Shown here in pieces: positions 38,143 through 48,589 of a DNA stretch of 64,000 nt. How positions within the stretch are numbered: the first letter of the stretch is position 1; the number at the start of each line of letters is the position of its first letter. The notes below the pieces were generated by a model. It was not told where the DNA came from and searched no databases. It saw nothing but the letters and a program-made list of their open reading frames with translations. The position numbers were made by a program, and so were the translations under genes. The stretch lies in sequence record NC_042136.1; one strand, written 5' to 3'.

Positions 38143-39681
38143 TTACGCGTCCCAATCATCGAACTCATCTCCGTTCTCATCGAGTTGAACTTTGAATGAA
38201 CGACGACATTGGTTCTTACCATTAATGTCATGCATCAGCCCCTTGGTAGGGTCTAGGTTGTAAATACCGAAACGGTCACTTAATGGAGAACCTTCACCAC
38301 CACGAGCTTTACCCAAACACCAAGTGAAGTAGGCTTTGTCGTCTCCCATCTTAGCAACGTGGAATGTGAACTCGTAATCTACTTCGTTCGTAATCTTAGT
38401 CGAGGTTTCCGTCATGGACTTACCACCAACTTCACGAGCAAAGTAAAGTTCTGATTCATCATCAGCTTCTCGTAGGTGTTTCTTGGCTTCTGGGGATAAC
38501 TGGTGCGGGGTAACAAACGCGATGCCTCGGTTCACCATGAACGCTCGGGTTCGGCGGTACAAGTCTTGGAGTTTGTCACCTTTGGTTTCACCTGTCATGC
38601 CTTTCAAGTCAGCCATTGCCAAATAGTCGTAAGCATAGAAAATGATTTCATGTCCTTTCATCTCTAACTTACGAATACGGTCCGTGATGTTGTAGTAGTT
38701 ATCTTCCGTCGGGTTAACACGGTTGATTTTCAACACCCATCCGTTTTCTGAAAACGCGTCGATGATGACCTTAGCAATATCCGCTGCCGGGGTATTAGCA
38801 AAGTCACCGTTTTCACCGGTACGGTTCACCATGATGAGTTTGTAGATACGTTCAATGATTACGTCCAACGCATCTTCTGCTGAGTCCAACAACACCGTAG
38901 GTATACGACTACGGTCTCGCAACATCGGTTTGTTGTATAAACCAACAGACGCTACTACGTGACCCAGACCAAAAGATTTACCACGGTTCGTTAGTGCATT
39001 AATTAAGTAGAACTTACCACGACGTAATCCACAGTCAGGATACAGTGCACGGTTCATCCCTTGCAGACCTAACTTAAGTACCCCCTCCGAGGACGATTCT
39101 TCTTTAGCCCGTTCTATGATCGCCGTGAAAGAATCAGGATCATCCGTATCGACTGATTCAACTAATGAAGGGTCTTGGTCACCCAACATTTTCTCGGTCA
39201 GTTTCTGTTCGATCATCTCCGCCAATGCTGCCCATTTCTCTTTGGTCATCTTAGATGGATCACCGAAGAACGGTTCTTTAATGGCTTCTTTAAAATCTAA
39301 ACCGAATTTCTCATCTGAACGAGCTTTACGGATTTCTTTAATGTGCTGGTAGATAACTTGACGAGTTCGTTCTTCGGACGGATAGTCTTCTAGACCGTAC
39401 TCAATACTGCTTTTTAATTCGGGTGCTTCTTTAGAGAAATCTAACACACGCTGCATCAAGTTCGATTTTATGACCGCTTCATCTTTTGGCTGGTCTAAAA
39501 CCCACTTAATGGTATCTCTGATAGAACCTTCGATCTTTTTATCTTGAGTAAAAACATCGCCCTTAGACTCTGGTATGAGCTCCAAGGTGTCTAGGAGTTC
39601 TCGAGTCAAAGATTCGTCTGTGAGTTTACTTGCCTGATAGAGAGACGTTAGTATCTTGACTAATTGTAACAGCGGACTCAT
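38143..39681 (-). CDS. dnaB: DnaB-like (SF4) replicative helicase (phiKZ gp118-like)
   Basis: Walker A variant INALTNRGKS, LLDSAED (catalytic E), FYAYDYL (Walker B), TPHQLS, KARG arginine finger. Confidence 0.85.
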   Translation of the reverse strand: MSPLLQLVKILTSLYQASKLTDESLTRELLDTLELIPESKGDVFTQDKKIEGSIRDTIKWVLDQPKDEAVIKSNLMQRVLDFSKEAPELKSSIEYGLEDYPSEERTRQVIYQHIKEIRKARSDEKFGLDFKEAIKEPFFGDPSKMTKEKWAALAEMIEQKLTEKMLGDQDPSLVESVDTDDPDSFTAIIERAKEESSSEGVLKLGLQGMNRALYPDCGLRRGKFYLINALTNRGKSFGLGHVVASVGLYNKPMLRDRSRIPTVLLDSAEDALDVIIERIYKLIMVNRTGENGDFANTPAADIAKVIIDAFSENGWVLKINRVNPTEDNYYNITDRIRKLEMKGHEIIFYAYDYLAMADLKGMTGETKGDKLQDLYRRTRAFMVNRGIAFVTPHQLSPEAKKHLREADDESELYFAREVGGKSMTETSTKITNEVDYEFTFHVAKMGDDKAYFTWCLGKARGGEGSPLSDRFGIYNLDPTKGLMHDINGKNQCRRSFKVQLDENGDEFDDWDA

Positions 39682-39726
39682 AAATGCTCCAATTTAATGT
39701 ATATCTTTAAAGGTTAAAGGTTGAAT

Positions 39727-40299
39727 ATGAAATTTGTGAATAAAGGTCTGTCTGGTCCTCAAACCGTTTGGGTGCTAACGGACCAACAATTGTTCACTCT
39801 GGAAAAAGCTGGTATAGGATTTGACCAACTGTCTAAACTCCCTACTTTGCTTGACCAGTTATCTGAACAAGACGTTATCGATATTGCGGTAACACAATAC
39901 CGCGCCGGTTTAAAACTTGGGGTCGAAGTTGACGTAAAAGAAGTCTTCGAGCAATTTAATGATGACTATAAAGATATTCTGTGCAGTAAAATTAAAACCG
40001 AACAGAATCGCCTTTCTAAGGTGGAACATCTTAAAGAACTTGCTAACTACAGTAAATTCTATGTACAAAACACTAATGGCATGTTGGTGTTAGTCATCGC
40101 AGACCCACAAGTGTCTATGAATTATATTAGTGAACTCTGTGCTTCGTTCACTGAGCTACATGTCGCGACGTACACACACGCTATGCTTAAAGCGGTTTAC
40201 TTAATGCACGGTTACACTTACCTTCATAACAAAGAGTGCATCCCTGTGTTACCGAGTGAATCGTTCAGTTTAGCAACGTTGTATCGTGCACTAGTCTAG
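39727..40299 (+). CDS. conserved protein upstream of major capsid gene
   Basis: ATG 39727 with SD AAGG (track start TTG 39721); position between helicase and capsid as in phiKZ-like phages. Confidence 0.7.
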   Translation: MKFVNKGLSGPQTVWVLTDQQLFTLEKAGIGFDQLSKLPTLLDQLSEQDVIDIAVTQYRAGLKLGVEVDVKEVFEQFNDDYKDILCSKIKTEQNRLSKVEHLKELANYSKFYVQNTNGMLVLVIADPQVSMNYISELCASFTELHVATYTHAMLKAVYLMHGYTYLHNKECIPVLPSESFSLATLYRALV

Positions 40300-40398
40300 T
40301 CGTGTTGTAACATTCTATGTGCAACTAAAAAGCACAAACAAATATTTGTTTATGTTTTATCATTAAAAGAATACATTTTTTCGATAAAGGAAAGAGTA

Positions 40399-42591
40399 AT
40401 GAAAAGAAATATCGTAGCTCAGCTAGGTTCTTCTAACGCTGGCGTTTACCTTGGTATTAAGAACGCGCTAAACTCTGGTGCTTTTGACGCTGTAGCTGGC
40501 ACAGAGTCTTTCTCTACAGCACAAACAGCTCTTGAAGCAGTAACAGGTTCTGAGTCTTTTGGCGGTCAAGCTAAAGAAACTCTAAAAGGCATGGGTTCTG
40601 AACAAGTTCATGCTGTGATCGGTACGGTTCAACGTATGATCAACAGCAACGCTGTTGCAGGCATGGAATCTTTGATCGAATCTGAAAAATCAGTTGCTGG
40701 TCTTGAAGGTTTCTCTTGGGCACAATCTGCTGGTCTTTCTAACGAATCTAAAGCAGCGTCTATCACACTTAACGCTCTAGCACACCGTCAAACTGACGCA
40801 GCTGAAGCGATGTTCAAAACAGTAAGCATCCCTTACGAAAGTGAACAACTAGAGTACACGGTTCGTACATCAGGCCTAGGTCGTTACATCTACGGCGCGT
40901 CTGCTTACGACCAAGCTTCTCAACTACAACCAGTAACTAGCCTACTTCGTCAATCTCAATACTTCCTTGACGACACGCTAGAACTACACCCAGTTTTCCC
41001 AGCGTCTAAAGACAGCCCTGCGCGTAAACTATTCGTAGATCCAACTGACTTCACTCCTTGGGAGCAAAGCTATTCTGAAGCAGATTCTCTACGTCGTGAC
41101 ACTCACGAAACTTCTTTCCTACGTGTAGGTAAGTCTATCCCTAACCTTCTAGGTCTATCTGAAGTACCGGGACAAACTCCTTACGATTCTTCAGTTGATG
41201 AAATCGAAGCGAACTCAATCACTGTACAGAAAGTTCTGTTCAAAGTGAACATTGACGGTACTGAGCAAGTAGTTGTTCTTCCTACTTTCAACTTCACTAA
41301 CTCATCTTTCGGTGTAACTTCAACTGGTCAATCATCTGATGATCGTCAACTAAGCATGACTGTTAAAGGTCTGCCAGTATCAGCGTTCACAGACAAAGAT
41401 GGTGCGGCTTCTACAGCGTTTGATGCACTACAAGCAGCTGGTGCTAAAGCATTCTTCGGCTTTAACCTAAGCGGTACTTTCCAACGTCAAACTTACTCTC
41501 TAAGCACTTCAGCTTCTGATCTGAACCTAGAGTACATTGAGCTAGACGGTGTGAAACACAACGCTTCTACTAAGAACACTGCTGTTAAAGCACTGTTCGC
41601 TAAGTACGCTGAAGGTGAAGTAATCGGTTGGTTGCCTTCTTACAACCACAACAACGTTAACCGTACTAACTTCGGTTACCGTGTTGAAGTGTTCGATGCA
41701 CACAAAGTAATGAACGTTCGTCGTGAAACTCCTATCTCTGTGAAATACCCAGTTGATAAGCAAGACGTAAACGAAGGTTCTCTAAGCTTCGCGATCGACG
41801 AAATGAACACCATCCTGCAAGCACAAACAACTGCCAAAGCTTACAAAGCAGCAGCAGGTCACATTGCACGTGTTGCTTCACTAAACGGTCACGCTATCGT
41901 TGGTAACGAGCAATCTGCTTCAGTAATGGCTGGCATGCACTTCGTTAACGCTTCTTACCTAAAACGTAGCATGAAACTAGCTGACGCTGTGTCTGCACTA
42001 GATTCAACTACCGTTCTAGAAGCGGTAGAGAAAACAATCACTATGAACATCACAGAAATCTGTGCTGCTCTAAGTACTGTTTCTGGTCTAGCTGCAATCA
42101 GCGAATACCGTCGTATCGAGAAAAAGTGGACTATCATCGGTCACCAAAACTTGGCTCGTTACATGATCCGTCAAGGCGACGCTCGTACTCTTGGTAATGG
42201 CATCAGCTTCAAGACTATCGACTCTAACCTAGATGAAATGATCGGTAAGTTCTACATCATCCCTGAGTCAGAAACTACTGATAACAACATCGACGTGATC
42301 GGCGGCATGGGTGTAATGATCTCTAAAGAGCATCAAGTAATCCAAGCTAACCTAACTCGTAACAACGCGGACTTCGGTATCGTGATCACTCAACCAGCGT
42401 ACAAACACCACTCAGTGTGTCCAATCGTTGGTGTGCTAGAGATCGAAGATGCAGTACACGCGCTAGACGAAGAAGGCCTAATCCGTTACCTAAACAAACA
42501 ACGTGTGAGCGTTGTTAACGCTGGCGAATTCCCAGCAGCAGGCGCAGCGGACAACGCAGCAACTGAAACTGAAACTGGTAAACTACCTTAG
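40399..42591 (+). CDS. major capsid protein (phiKZ gp120-like)
   Basis: 730 aa, extreme codon bias, propeptide with G-x-E sites at E36, E52, E90, E103; strong terminator after; gene order helicase-192aa-MCP-356aa-RNAP. Confidence 0.85.
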   Translation: MKRNIVAQLGSSNAGVYLGIKNALNSGAFDAVAGTESFSTAQTALEAVTGSESFGGQAKETLKGMGSEQVHAVIGTVQRMINSNAVAGMESLIESEKSVAGLEGFSWAQSAGLSNESKAASITLNALAHRQTDAAEAMFKTVSIPYESEQLEYTVRTSGLGRYIYGASAYDQASQLQPVTSLLRQSQYFLDDTLELHPVFPASKDSPARKLFVDPTDFTPWEQSYSEADSLRRDTHETSFLRVGKSIPNLLGLSEVPGQTPYDSSVDEIEANSITVQKVLFKVNIDGTEQVVVLPTFNFTNSSFGVTSTGQSSDDRQLSMTVKGLPVSAFTDKDGAASTAFDALQAAGAKAFFGFNLSGTFQRQTYSLSTSASDLNLEYIELDGVKHNASTKNTAVKALFAKYAEGEVIGWLPSYNHNNVNRTNFGYRVEVFDAHKVMNVRRETPISVKYPVDKQDVNEGSLSFAIDEMNTILQAQTTAKAYKAAAGHIARVASLNGHAIVGNEQSASVMAGMHFVNASYLKRSMKLADAVSALDSTTVLEAVEKTITMNITEICAALSTVSGLAAISEYRRIEKKWTIIGHQNLARYMIRQGDARTLGNGISFKTIDSNLDEMIGKFYIIPESETTDNNIDVIGGMGVMISKEHQVIQANLTRNNADFGIVITQPAYKHHSVCPIVGVLEIEDAVHALDEEGLIRYLNKQRVSVVNAGEFPAAGAADNAATETETGKLP

Positions 42592-42622
42592 TAGTAAGCT
42601 AGCTTAGGTTTTACTTAAGTTA

Positions 42623-42656
42623 ATAAACCCCACTGCCCAAAAGCAGTGGGGTTTAT
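42623..42656 (+). terminator. intrinsic terminator
   Basis: 14-bp stem ATAAACCCCACTGC/GCAGTGGGGTTTAT, T-rich tail. Confidence 0.85.
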
Positions 42657-42685
42657 ACTGCTTTTTATTTTTTATCCTTATATTT

Positions 42686-42709
42686 TTTCAGGTCTATATT
42701 ATCCAAGTG
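42686..42709 (+). promoter_or_regulatory. early promoter
   Basis: TTTCA-GGT-CTATAT-TATCCAA-GTG. Confidence 0.65.
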
Positions 42710-42770
42710 ATGCATGACGATGTATTAATTTTTAACCTTAATTAAGTAAAACCCTCATGAGGAAAATATT

Positions 42771-43841
42771 ATGACTGTAAAAATTCCAACTAATCTAGAA
42801 GGCGACCCTAACTTTAGCGACGCTGCTATCTTTGAAAGATGTGAAATAACCCACACCGTTGTTAACCAATCTAATAAAGATTTGTTAGTAAAATACAATG
42901 CGTGGAACTTAGCACTTGAAGGTAAACCTATCGGAGATCAAGATCTTAACAACATCTTGATTAATATTGGAGGTGGAATGGATTTAGTGAGAGCTGAATT
43001 CCTAGAACCAGAAACTCCATTGGATGCATACATCATCGACCGACTTAAGTCAAAAATCGATGAAAACTTCACCAATGGAATCCATATTCTAGAACCGAAT
43101 AGAACCGCTATAGAAATCAAAGTTAGGATCAATAAAGCCAATCTACCTGAGTACGTAGGTGCCGACGGCGGCGTCCATTCTCGGCTATTAGGGATGTCTC
43201 TGTATGGTTTTGGGGAGTGGGAAGAAGAAGACCTTCACACTCCTGCTCCGTTCACTAATAAAGAAGTTTGTGACGAGCATGGCAATAAAATAAGCGCCAA
43301 CCCTAAATCACAGATCGTGTATGAGTACGTGAACAACACCGATCCAGAACTCGTGCTTTACGCACCAGTCGGGAAAGAAGTTATTAAACTCGTACCTATG
43401 CAAGATCCTAGTACCCAGAACGAAATCCGCATCTCGATTAAATCCGGAGGAGGCAAAGTGAGAAAGATAACGCAATCACTCCCTGAATTCTCAGGGAATC
43501 AAGAAGCGTTTTTCAAGACGTTGGAAACGCTTGGTTACTATTTGCAACATTCCGATGCAGCAAAAGCAATCAGCAGCAAATCTTTACAGCATGCAGAATC
43601 TATGGTGAAGGAGTTGACTAAAGAAGTAGAAACTCTGAATACCAAGCTAGTCAAACTAGAGGACTCTAAAGGCAAGCTTAAAGAAGCTAACAGTAAGCAG
43701 CAACTGAAACAGGAACAATCTTCGATATGGAACAAGTTGTTCGAGTCCGTCATCAAGGTTCCCTTTAGCATCATCGCTAGCCTGCTTGAACGCAAGCTAA
43801 CAGCGTTGGTCGCAACAAGGTTGCTTGCTGCACTTATTTAA
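42771..43841 (+). CDS. conserved early protein with C-terminal coiled coil and hydrophobic tail
   Basis: 356 aa; heptad stretch then LFESVIKVPFSIIASLLERKLTALVATRLLAALI. Confidence 0.75.
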   Translation: MTVKIPTNLEGDPNFSDAAIFERCEITHTVVNQSNKDLLVKYNAWNLALEGKPIGDQDLNNILINIGGGMDLVRAEFLEPETPLDAYIIDRLKSKIDENFTNGIHILEPNRTAIEIKVRINKANLPEYVGADGGVHSRLLGMSLYGFGEWEEEDLHTPAPFTNKEVCDEHGNKISANPKSQIVYEYVNNTDPELVLYAPVGKEVIKLVPMQDPSTQNEIRISIKSGGGKVRKITQSLPEFSGNQEAFFKTLETLGYYLQHSDAAKAISSKSLQHAESMVKELTKEVETLNTKLVKLEDSKGKLKEANSKQQLKQEQSSIWNKLFESVIKVPFSIIASLLERKLTALVATRLLAALI

Positions 43842-43876
43842 TCTAGCCCGTGAGTCCTCATAACCGAGGAAACACG

Positions 43877-45556
43877 ATGGACCCTAGATTGTTAGACGCT
43901 ATAGACCAAACGATGCCCAAGTTCAATACTGATTTGACCAAAGGCTTTCACGCGAGACAGTTCGACGACATACTTAAGTGGTATGAAAGACAACTCCGCA
44001 TGACGTTACAGTCTCTAGAATCTAAGGGGGTGAAATTCCATGGACTGCGCCCAGTTCGCCCCGACGAGATGTTTAAGGTTATAAGCGAGACTACCCAAAA
44101 CAAAACATTCGAAACCAACCGTGAATCTTTGTACCCAACCAATATCCATTTGACGTACACAGACCACCAAGGTGTTGAACACGCATTTGACAATGTTTAC
44201 GTGATGCTTCCTTTTACGGATGAATACGGAGACATCTATATACGTGATTCCTTATGTTCATTGCAGATAGTGTTAGCCGACCGAGGACTGAGTGTTACTA
44301 AAGACGAACAAATCTTTGTAAAAATTCTTGGTTACAAGTTCAAGATTGGGACGGAAAATGTCGGATTCGTACGACTTTATCCGGGACCCACTGGCACCCG
44401 TTCAGCCCGTATGCAGTTAAACCTGCCTGCGAACCGCTTCTATACGCCAAAAGAAGCGTGGCGAGTAAACCCTAAGAAAGTACCCGAGCCTTTATTGGCT
44501 TGGTACATGTTTGCGGAACACGGGGTAACCAAAACGATGGAAAAATATGGTGAATGCGAAATCGCCGTAGGGGATGTTGAGGTCATTCGCGACTCCTACC
44601 CCGAAAGCGAAGGTTGGGAAATCTATGCAAGTGCTGGTCGTCGTACTGAAAGACAGTTGACGAAGACCTTCATTTACAACCCGTTTGCAATTGCGGTTCG
44701 TCCGAACAATCGCAAGCGCGGAGAAATACCAACAGTGGCATTACAATACGTAGCAAGTTTATTATTCTTGTTTGATTGTGGCTCAGCTCTAGTTGATCTA
44801 GATCGACTGGACGACCGAATGTTCTGGCGTCTTATTATAGGTATGTCATCGATGTCCTCTCGTGGGGGATCTGATAACATCCTGAGACAAATGTCAGACC
44901 ATTTTCAAAGCATCTATGAATACATGGATGAAAGTTCAATCAAGCGCTTTGCAGCGCAACGCATTGTTGTCGATGATATGTTCGATTTGTTCAACTACAT
45001 CATCGCGAACCGTACAGAGATCGTTAAAACTGTCGATCGAGCCGATATGCTCCACAAAGAAGTTTGTTCTCTCGAATACACGATGGACCGTCTCATTATA
45101 CGCGCTAATCGTTTTAAACATGAAATTAAAAACATTACGGATCTGAATACGAGTAAGGTATCGCAGACTATAGTACGTTGGTTTGGCTTAAGAGACATCG
45201 AGCCAGCCGCAAGGGAATCTAACCTTATCCAAGAGTCCACACCGACCGACTGCCCATTGGCAGATTACGCGTTAGGTGTCATGACCCAAGCTAAGGTATG
45301 CTCATCACGTGGAGGGAAGCGAGCTGGTTTTAACGTTAGCGACCCTGCTAACGGAATCCATCCTTCGTTACCTTTTACGATGTCAGCAGAACGCATCACC
45401 AAACCCGACCCAGATGGACGTGGCTATTTAGCACCATGTGTTTCTGTTAATATGTCGAATTGTGTGGTGTTGGATCCTAAGCTCAGAGAACTATACGAGC
45501 GCACTACCTCCCGTTTGACAGTCCGTCAGCCGAGAGTCTTCAACAATGAGCCATAA
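43877..45556 (+). CDS. non-virion RNA polymerase subunit, beta N-terminal fragment (phiKZ gp123-like)
   Basis: SD GAGGA before ATG 43877 (track start 43850); C-terminal HPSLPFTMSAERITKPDPDGRGYLAPCV resembles the beta-subunit H-x-S region; size and synteny. Confidence 0.7.
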   Translation: MDPRLLDAIDQTMPKFNTDLTKGFHARQFDDILKWYERQLRMTLQSLESKGVKFHGLRPVRPDEMFKVISETTQNKTFETNRESLYPTNIHLTYTDHQGVEHAFDNVYVMLPFTDEYGDIYIRDSLCSLQIVLADRGLSVTKDEQIFVKILGYKFKIGTENVGFVRLYPGPTGTRSARMQLNLPANRFYTPKEAWRVNPKKVPEPLLAWYMFAEHGVTKTMEKYGECEIAVGDVEVIRDSYPESEGWEIYASAGRRTERQLTKTFIYNPFAIAVRPNNRKRGEIPTVALQYVASLLFLFDCGSALVDLDRLDDRMFWRLIIGMSSMSSRGGSDNILRQMSDHFQSIYEYMDESSIKRFAAQRIVVDDMFDLFNYIIANRTEIVKTVDRADMLHKEVCSLEYTMDRLIIRANRFKHEIKNITDLNTSKVSQTIVRWFGLRDIEPAARESNLIQESTPTDCPLADYALGVMTQAKVCSSRGGKRAGFNVSDPANGIHPSLPFTMSAERITKPDPDGRGYLAPCVSVNMSNCVVLDPKLRELYERTTSRLTVRQPRVFNNEP

Positions 45557-48008
45557 CAACCCAAACTTTCCACAACAGCCGTTTACACGCGCTGCGGCAG
45601 GACGTCAAATCGACGATCCTTCTGATAACTGGAACGGCATGAACACCATGCCACAAAACAACATGGGCATGCCACAAATGGGTATGCCTTCTATGAACGC
45701 TGGTATGCCATCTATGGGTGGGACACCTGCGATGGGACAGCGTCAAATGTCACCAATTGCTCAACTTGAAGCGGTATCGCGTCAGATTGGGTTAGACAAT
45801 GACTATGCACCTAAAACAACCACCAATAATGACTACTCTGTTGTGAATGAATTCATCAACGGAGGGGCTCAAGGTGGCGATCAGGATTTGGTTCGTCTTA
45901 AAACAGAAGAAGCAAAATCTGTTGTCGCTGCTTTACCTATTGCCATTATGGGTGACTTCCAACATCGTAAGGGTCACTACAGTGCGTTCGAGGTAGCGAT
46001 AAATGAGTTTGCTCACAAATTCACTACACCGAACCAAGTACAGATCGTGTACAAATTCCGTGACATGATTAACAACAGCTTGAAGTTCCGTCAAAACATC
46101 GGTTTCAACGTTGGGGTTATCGTAGCAGCGAACACCGCTACTGCAATCATTAATGACAAACCACACTCATTAAGAGAAACTAACCTCTTGTTGTTGGGTG
46201 CGTTGGATAACGTGATTGCCATGGAGTTAGTGAAATGGTTAAGTGCAAGCACACAAGCGCGTAATGAGCTAATGGCGGAAGGACAAATCGGTCAATACTT
46301 CCGTCGTCGTCTAGCTGACCAATTCCGTGATCGTCGTGATCACGTTAACGAATCCTTTAACTTCTTAAACGTTCCTTCACCTTATGATGGCATGGAGTCT
46401 AAAATGGAGATCGTTATGGATATGTCTAGCGACCCTACACCATATGCTCATAACCCAACGGTTCATGGTTACCGCCCACCATCATTAAACTTTGGTGATG
46501 TCGGTGCTGAAATGTCAGGTCGTACTATGTCTGACGAAGAACTGTTGGCTTACAACCGTCATCTGGAAGAAACCTTCCTACGACCTAAACCACCAACCAT
46601 GCCAGAACCTTCTTATAATCACTACGAGGAAGAAGCACCAACGACTATCGTATTTGGTGAATCTCATGCTCCGCGTGAAGACTTGGAAGAGATGACGGCA
46701 CAAAACCACGAAGAGTTCGATTGGATGTCTAAGCTCGTAGTTGTGCCTAAATCGCAATTATGGACTGCCGACAACGAAACAGTAGATTATCTACGCAATG
46801 CGTTCTACGATGGTCGTTATGATTGTCTACGCACGGCACCGGGTTGTTTGACTGTATTCACGTTGGACATTAATGGCAAACCAAATTCGGATGATCGTAT
46901 CATTAACTTAGGCGGGAGACCTATGGAAACGTTCTTGACGAATCCTAAACTACTACTACCACTGCTAGAAGAAACACCAGCTGGCGTTGTGGAAGTAGAA
47001 CAAGTTGAGGTGAAACTCGACGAAAACGAACAGTACGATCTAGCCGCTTTGAAAGAAGCAGCGAAAGCCACGCCTAACATCCGCAACACACTGATCGAAG
47101 ATTTCGCATCTAGTGATCTGGAAGCTTACGATCGTGAAGCTGAAGTTATCCACTTCGGTGGTAAACGTGAAGGAATCGTACACGCGACTTCTAACGTTGA
47201 AATTCACTACCAAGGTGTTGTCTTAGGCAACCCTGAAGAAGTGAAAGAAGTATACCGCACCATGGGTATGCTAGTAAAAGGCAATGAACAAAACCTTAAC
47301 TACTTTGATTGGATTAAAACGGTCTACACTGCACTAGGTCAACGTCACATTGAAAAAGGTGAGTTCCTACAGATGGTAGACTCTTATTTGTCACAAGAGC
47401 TAGAACGTCATGTGGTAGACCGTTATGGTTTCAGCAATGATAGTAGTCACGCTCGTCCATTCACCGTAGATACGTTAACTGACTGTTTCCTAGATGCAGC
47501 CGAATCTATTCAACGTATTTGCCCAGAAGCTTATGAGGAATTGTCCAATGTCAAAACTTCGCGTACTTTGATCGCTAAATCTCAGTGTCTACTAGATCAT
47601 GTAGAAGGTCTGATGGTGATGTGTAAGAATGCGCGTATCAAATCTCGTATTGTAAGTGTTGAAAACTACAACGCATCAATAAGAGTGTGTTTTGCTCGTG
47701 AAGTTATTGTTACTCGTGTTTCTAACATGGTTCCACCAGTGGAGCGTGCGGAAGAAACAGTAGCCGTAATGAAGCGTAGTGAAAACCCAGACTTTTTCTC
47801 TGTTATCACCGCTGCTTATACGACAGCCATAGCGCGTTTACATGAGGGGGCGGAACAGATCGTAATCTTCACTGATGTGCCGAAAGGCGGTCGTTGGGTA
47901 TTCCAAACGAACCGCTATGATGGTAGTAACGTTGGTAGTATTCGTAAGGTTAAACCTAACCACTCGAATCTTACCATCATGCCATTGGAAACCACACATC
48001 GACTGTGA
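45546..48008 (+). CDS. large conserved protein with low-complexity M/Q/N/G/P N-terminus
   Basis: 820 aa, coupled to RNAP subunit gene. Confidence 0.8.
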   Translation: MSHNNPNFPQQPFTRAAAGRQIDDPSDNWNGMNTMPQNNMGMPQMGMPSMNAGMPSMGGTPAMGQRQMSPIAQLEAVSRQIGLDNDYAPKTTTNNDYSVVNEFINGGAQGGDQDLVRLKTEEAKSVVAALPIAIMGDFQHRKGHYSAFEVAINEFAHKFTTPNQVQIVYKFRDMINNSLKFRQNIGFNVGVIVAANTATAIINDKPHSLRETNLLLLGALDNVIAMELVKWLSASTQARNELMAEGQIGQYFRRRLADQFRDRRDHVNESFNFLNVPSPYDGMESKMEIVMDMSSDPTPYAHNPTVHGYRPPSLNFGDVGAEMSGRTMSDEELLAYNRHLEETFLRPKPPTMPEPSYNHYEEEAPTTIVFGESHAPREDLEEMTAQNHEEFDWMSKLVVVPKSQLWTADNETVDYLRNAFYDGRYDCLRTAPGCLTVFTLDINGKPNSDDRIINLGGRPMETFLTNPKLLLPLLEETPAGVVEVEQVEVKLDENEQYDLAALKEAAKATPNIRNTLIEDFASSDLEAYDREAEVIHFGGKREGIVHATSNVEIHYQGVVLGNPEEVKEVYRTMGMLVKGNEQNLNYFDWIKTVYTALGQRHIEKGEFLQMVDSYLSQELERHVVDRYGFSNDSSHARPFTVDTLTDCFLDAAESIQRICPEAYEELSNVKTSRTLIAKSQCLLDHVEGLMVMCKNARIKSRIVSVENYNASIRVCFAREVIVTRVSNMVPPVERAEETVAVMKRSENPDFFSVITAAYTTAIARLHEGAEQIVIFTDVPKGGRWVFQTNRYDGSNVGSIRKVKPNHSNLTIMPLETTHRL

Positions 48009-48018
48009 ATGTTTTAAT

Positions 48019-48041
48019 GTAGGGGACTTCGGTCCCCTCAC
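48019..48041 (+). terminator. intrinsic terminator
   Basis: AGGGGAC-TTCG-GTCCCCT then T-run. Confidence 0.8.
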
Positions 48042-48061
48042 TTTTTATTGGATTATTTTTT

Positions 48062-48589
48062 ATGTTTTTCTCTAAATTATTTTACCCACGTACCGTAGAA
48101 ACTTTTGCTGGCAAACTTGAACTTCGCTTAGCCGAACTTGCTCGCACTAATAAACCGGGTTATTACGATAACTTATTTAGTATCCTTACGGAAGAATATA
48201 AGAAGTGGGTAGATTACCGTGTTAGTGGTAAATCGGATGAAGTACGACTTATTAACGTTGGCATTCCGTTGAACAACCGCAGCCGAGAAGTTCTCTTTTT
48301 CCGTTTACCTGTCCCAGTGAATACTCGTTTAGATAGTTCTACTGATCGAACCGATCTTGCTTATTGTCGTGGTTTGAACGAACAAGCTCTAAAGAACGAT
48401 GATCGTCGTCGTCCTACTAACACGAGTTATGCAGACACTCCACTGAGCGCGTCTAAAATGAACTACACGTCGTTTTTCTACGCCCATGTTGGCTTTGCCT
48501 TGCTTCGACGCAATGGCGCGGTACAACGCACTGTGGATCAAGCTCGTTTATGGGATTACTTAACCCCTAACTTTAAGAAGGTAAAATAA
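48062..48589 (+). CDS. hypothetical protein
   Basis: 175 aa. Confidence 0.7.
   Translation: MFFSKLFYPRTVETFAGKLELRLAELARTNKPGYYDNLFSILTEEYKKWVDYRVSGKSDEVRLINVGIPLNNRSREVLFFRLPVPVNTRLDSSTDRTDLAYCRGLNEQALKNDDRRRPTNTSYADTPLSASKMNYTSFFYAHVGFALLRRNGAVQRTVDQARLWDYLTPNFKKVK

Noticed and set aside
42589-42597. TAG TAG TAA after the capsid gene as a read-through or frameshift site
   Set aside because: Triple stop and strong terminator argue for tight termination; no downstream extension
38143-45556. Inteins or introns in helicase, capsid or RNAP subunit
   Set aside because: ORFs are uninterrupted, of expected size, with no intein termini or homing endonuclease motifs
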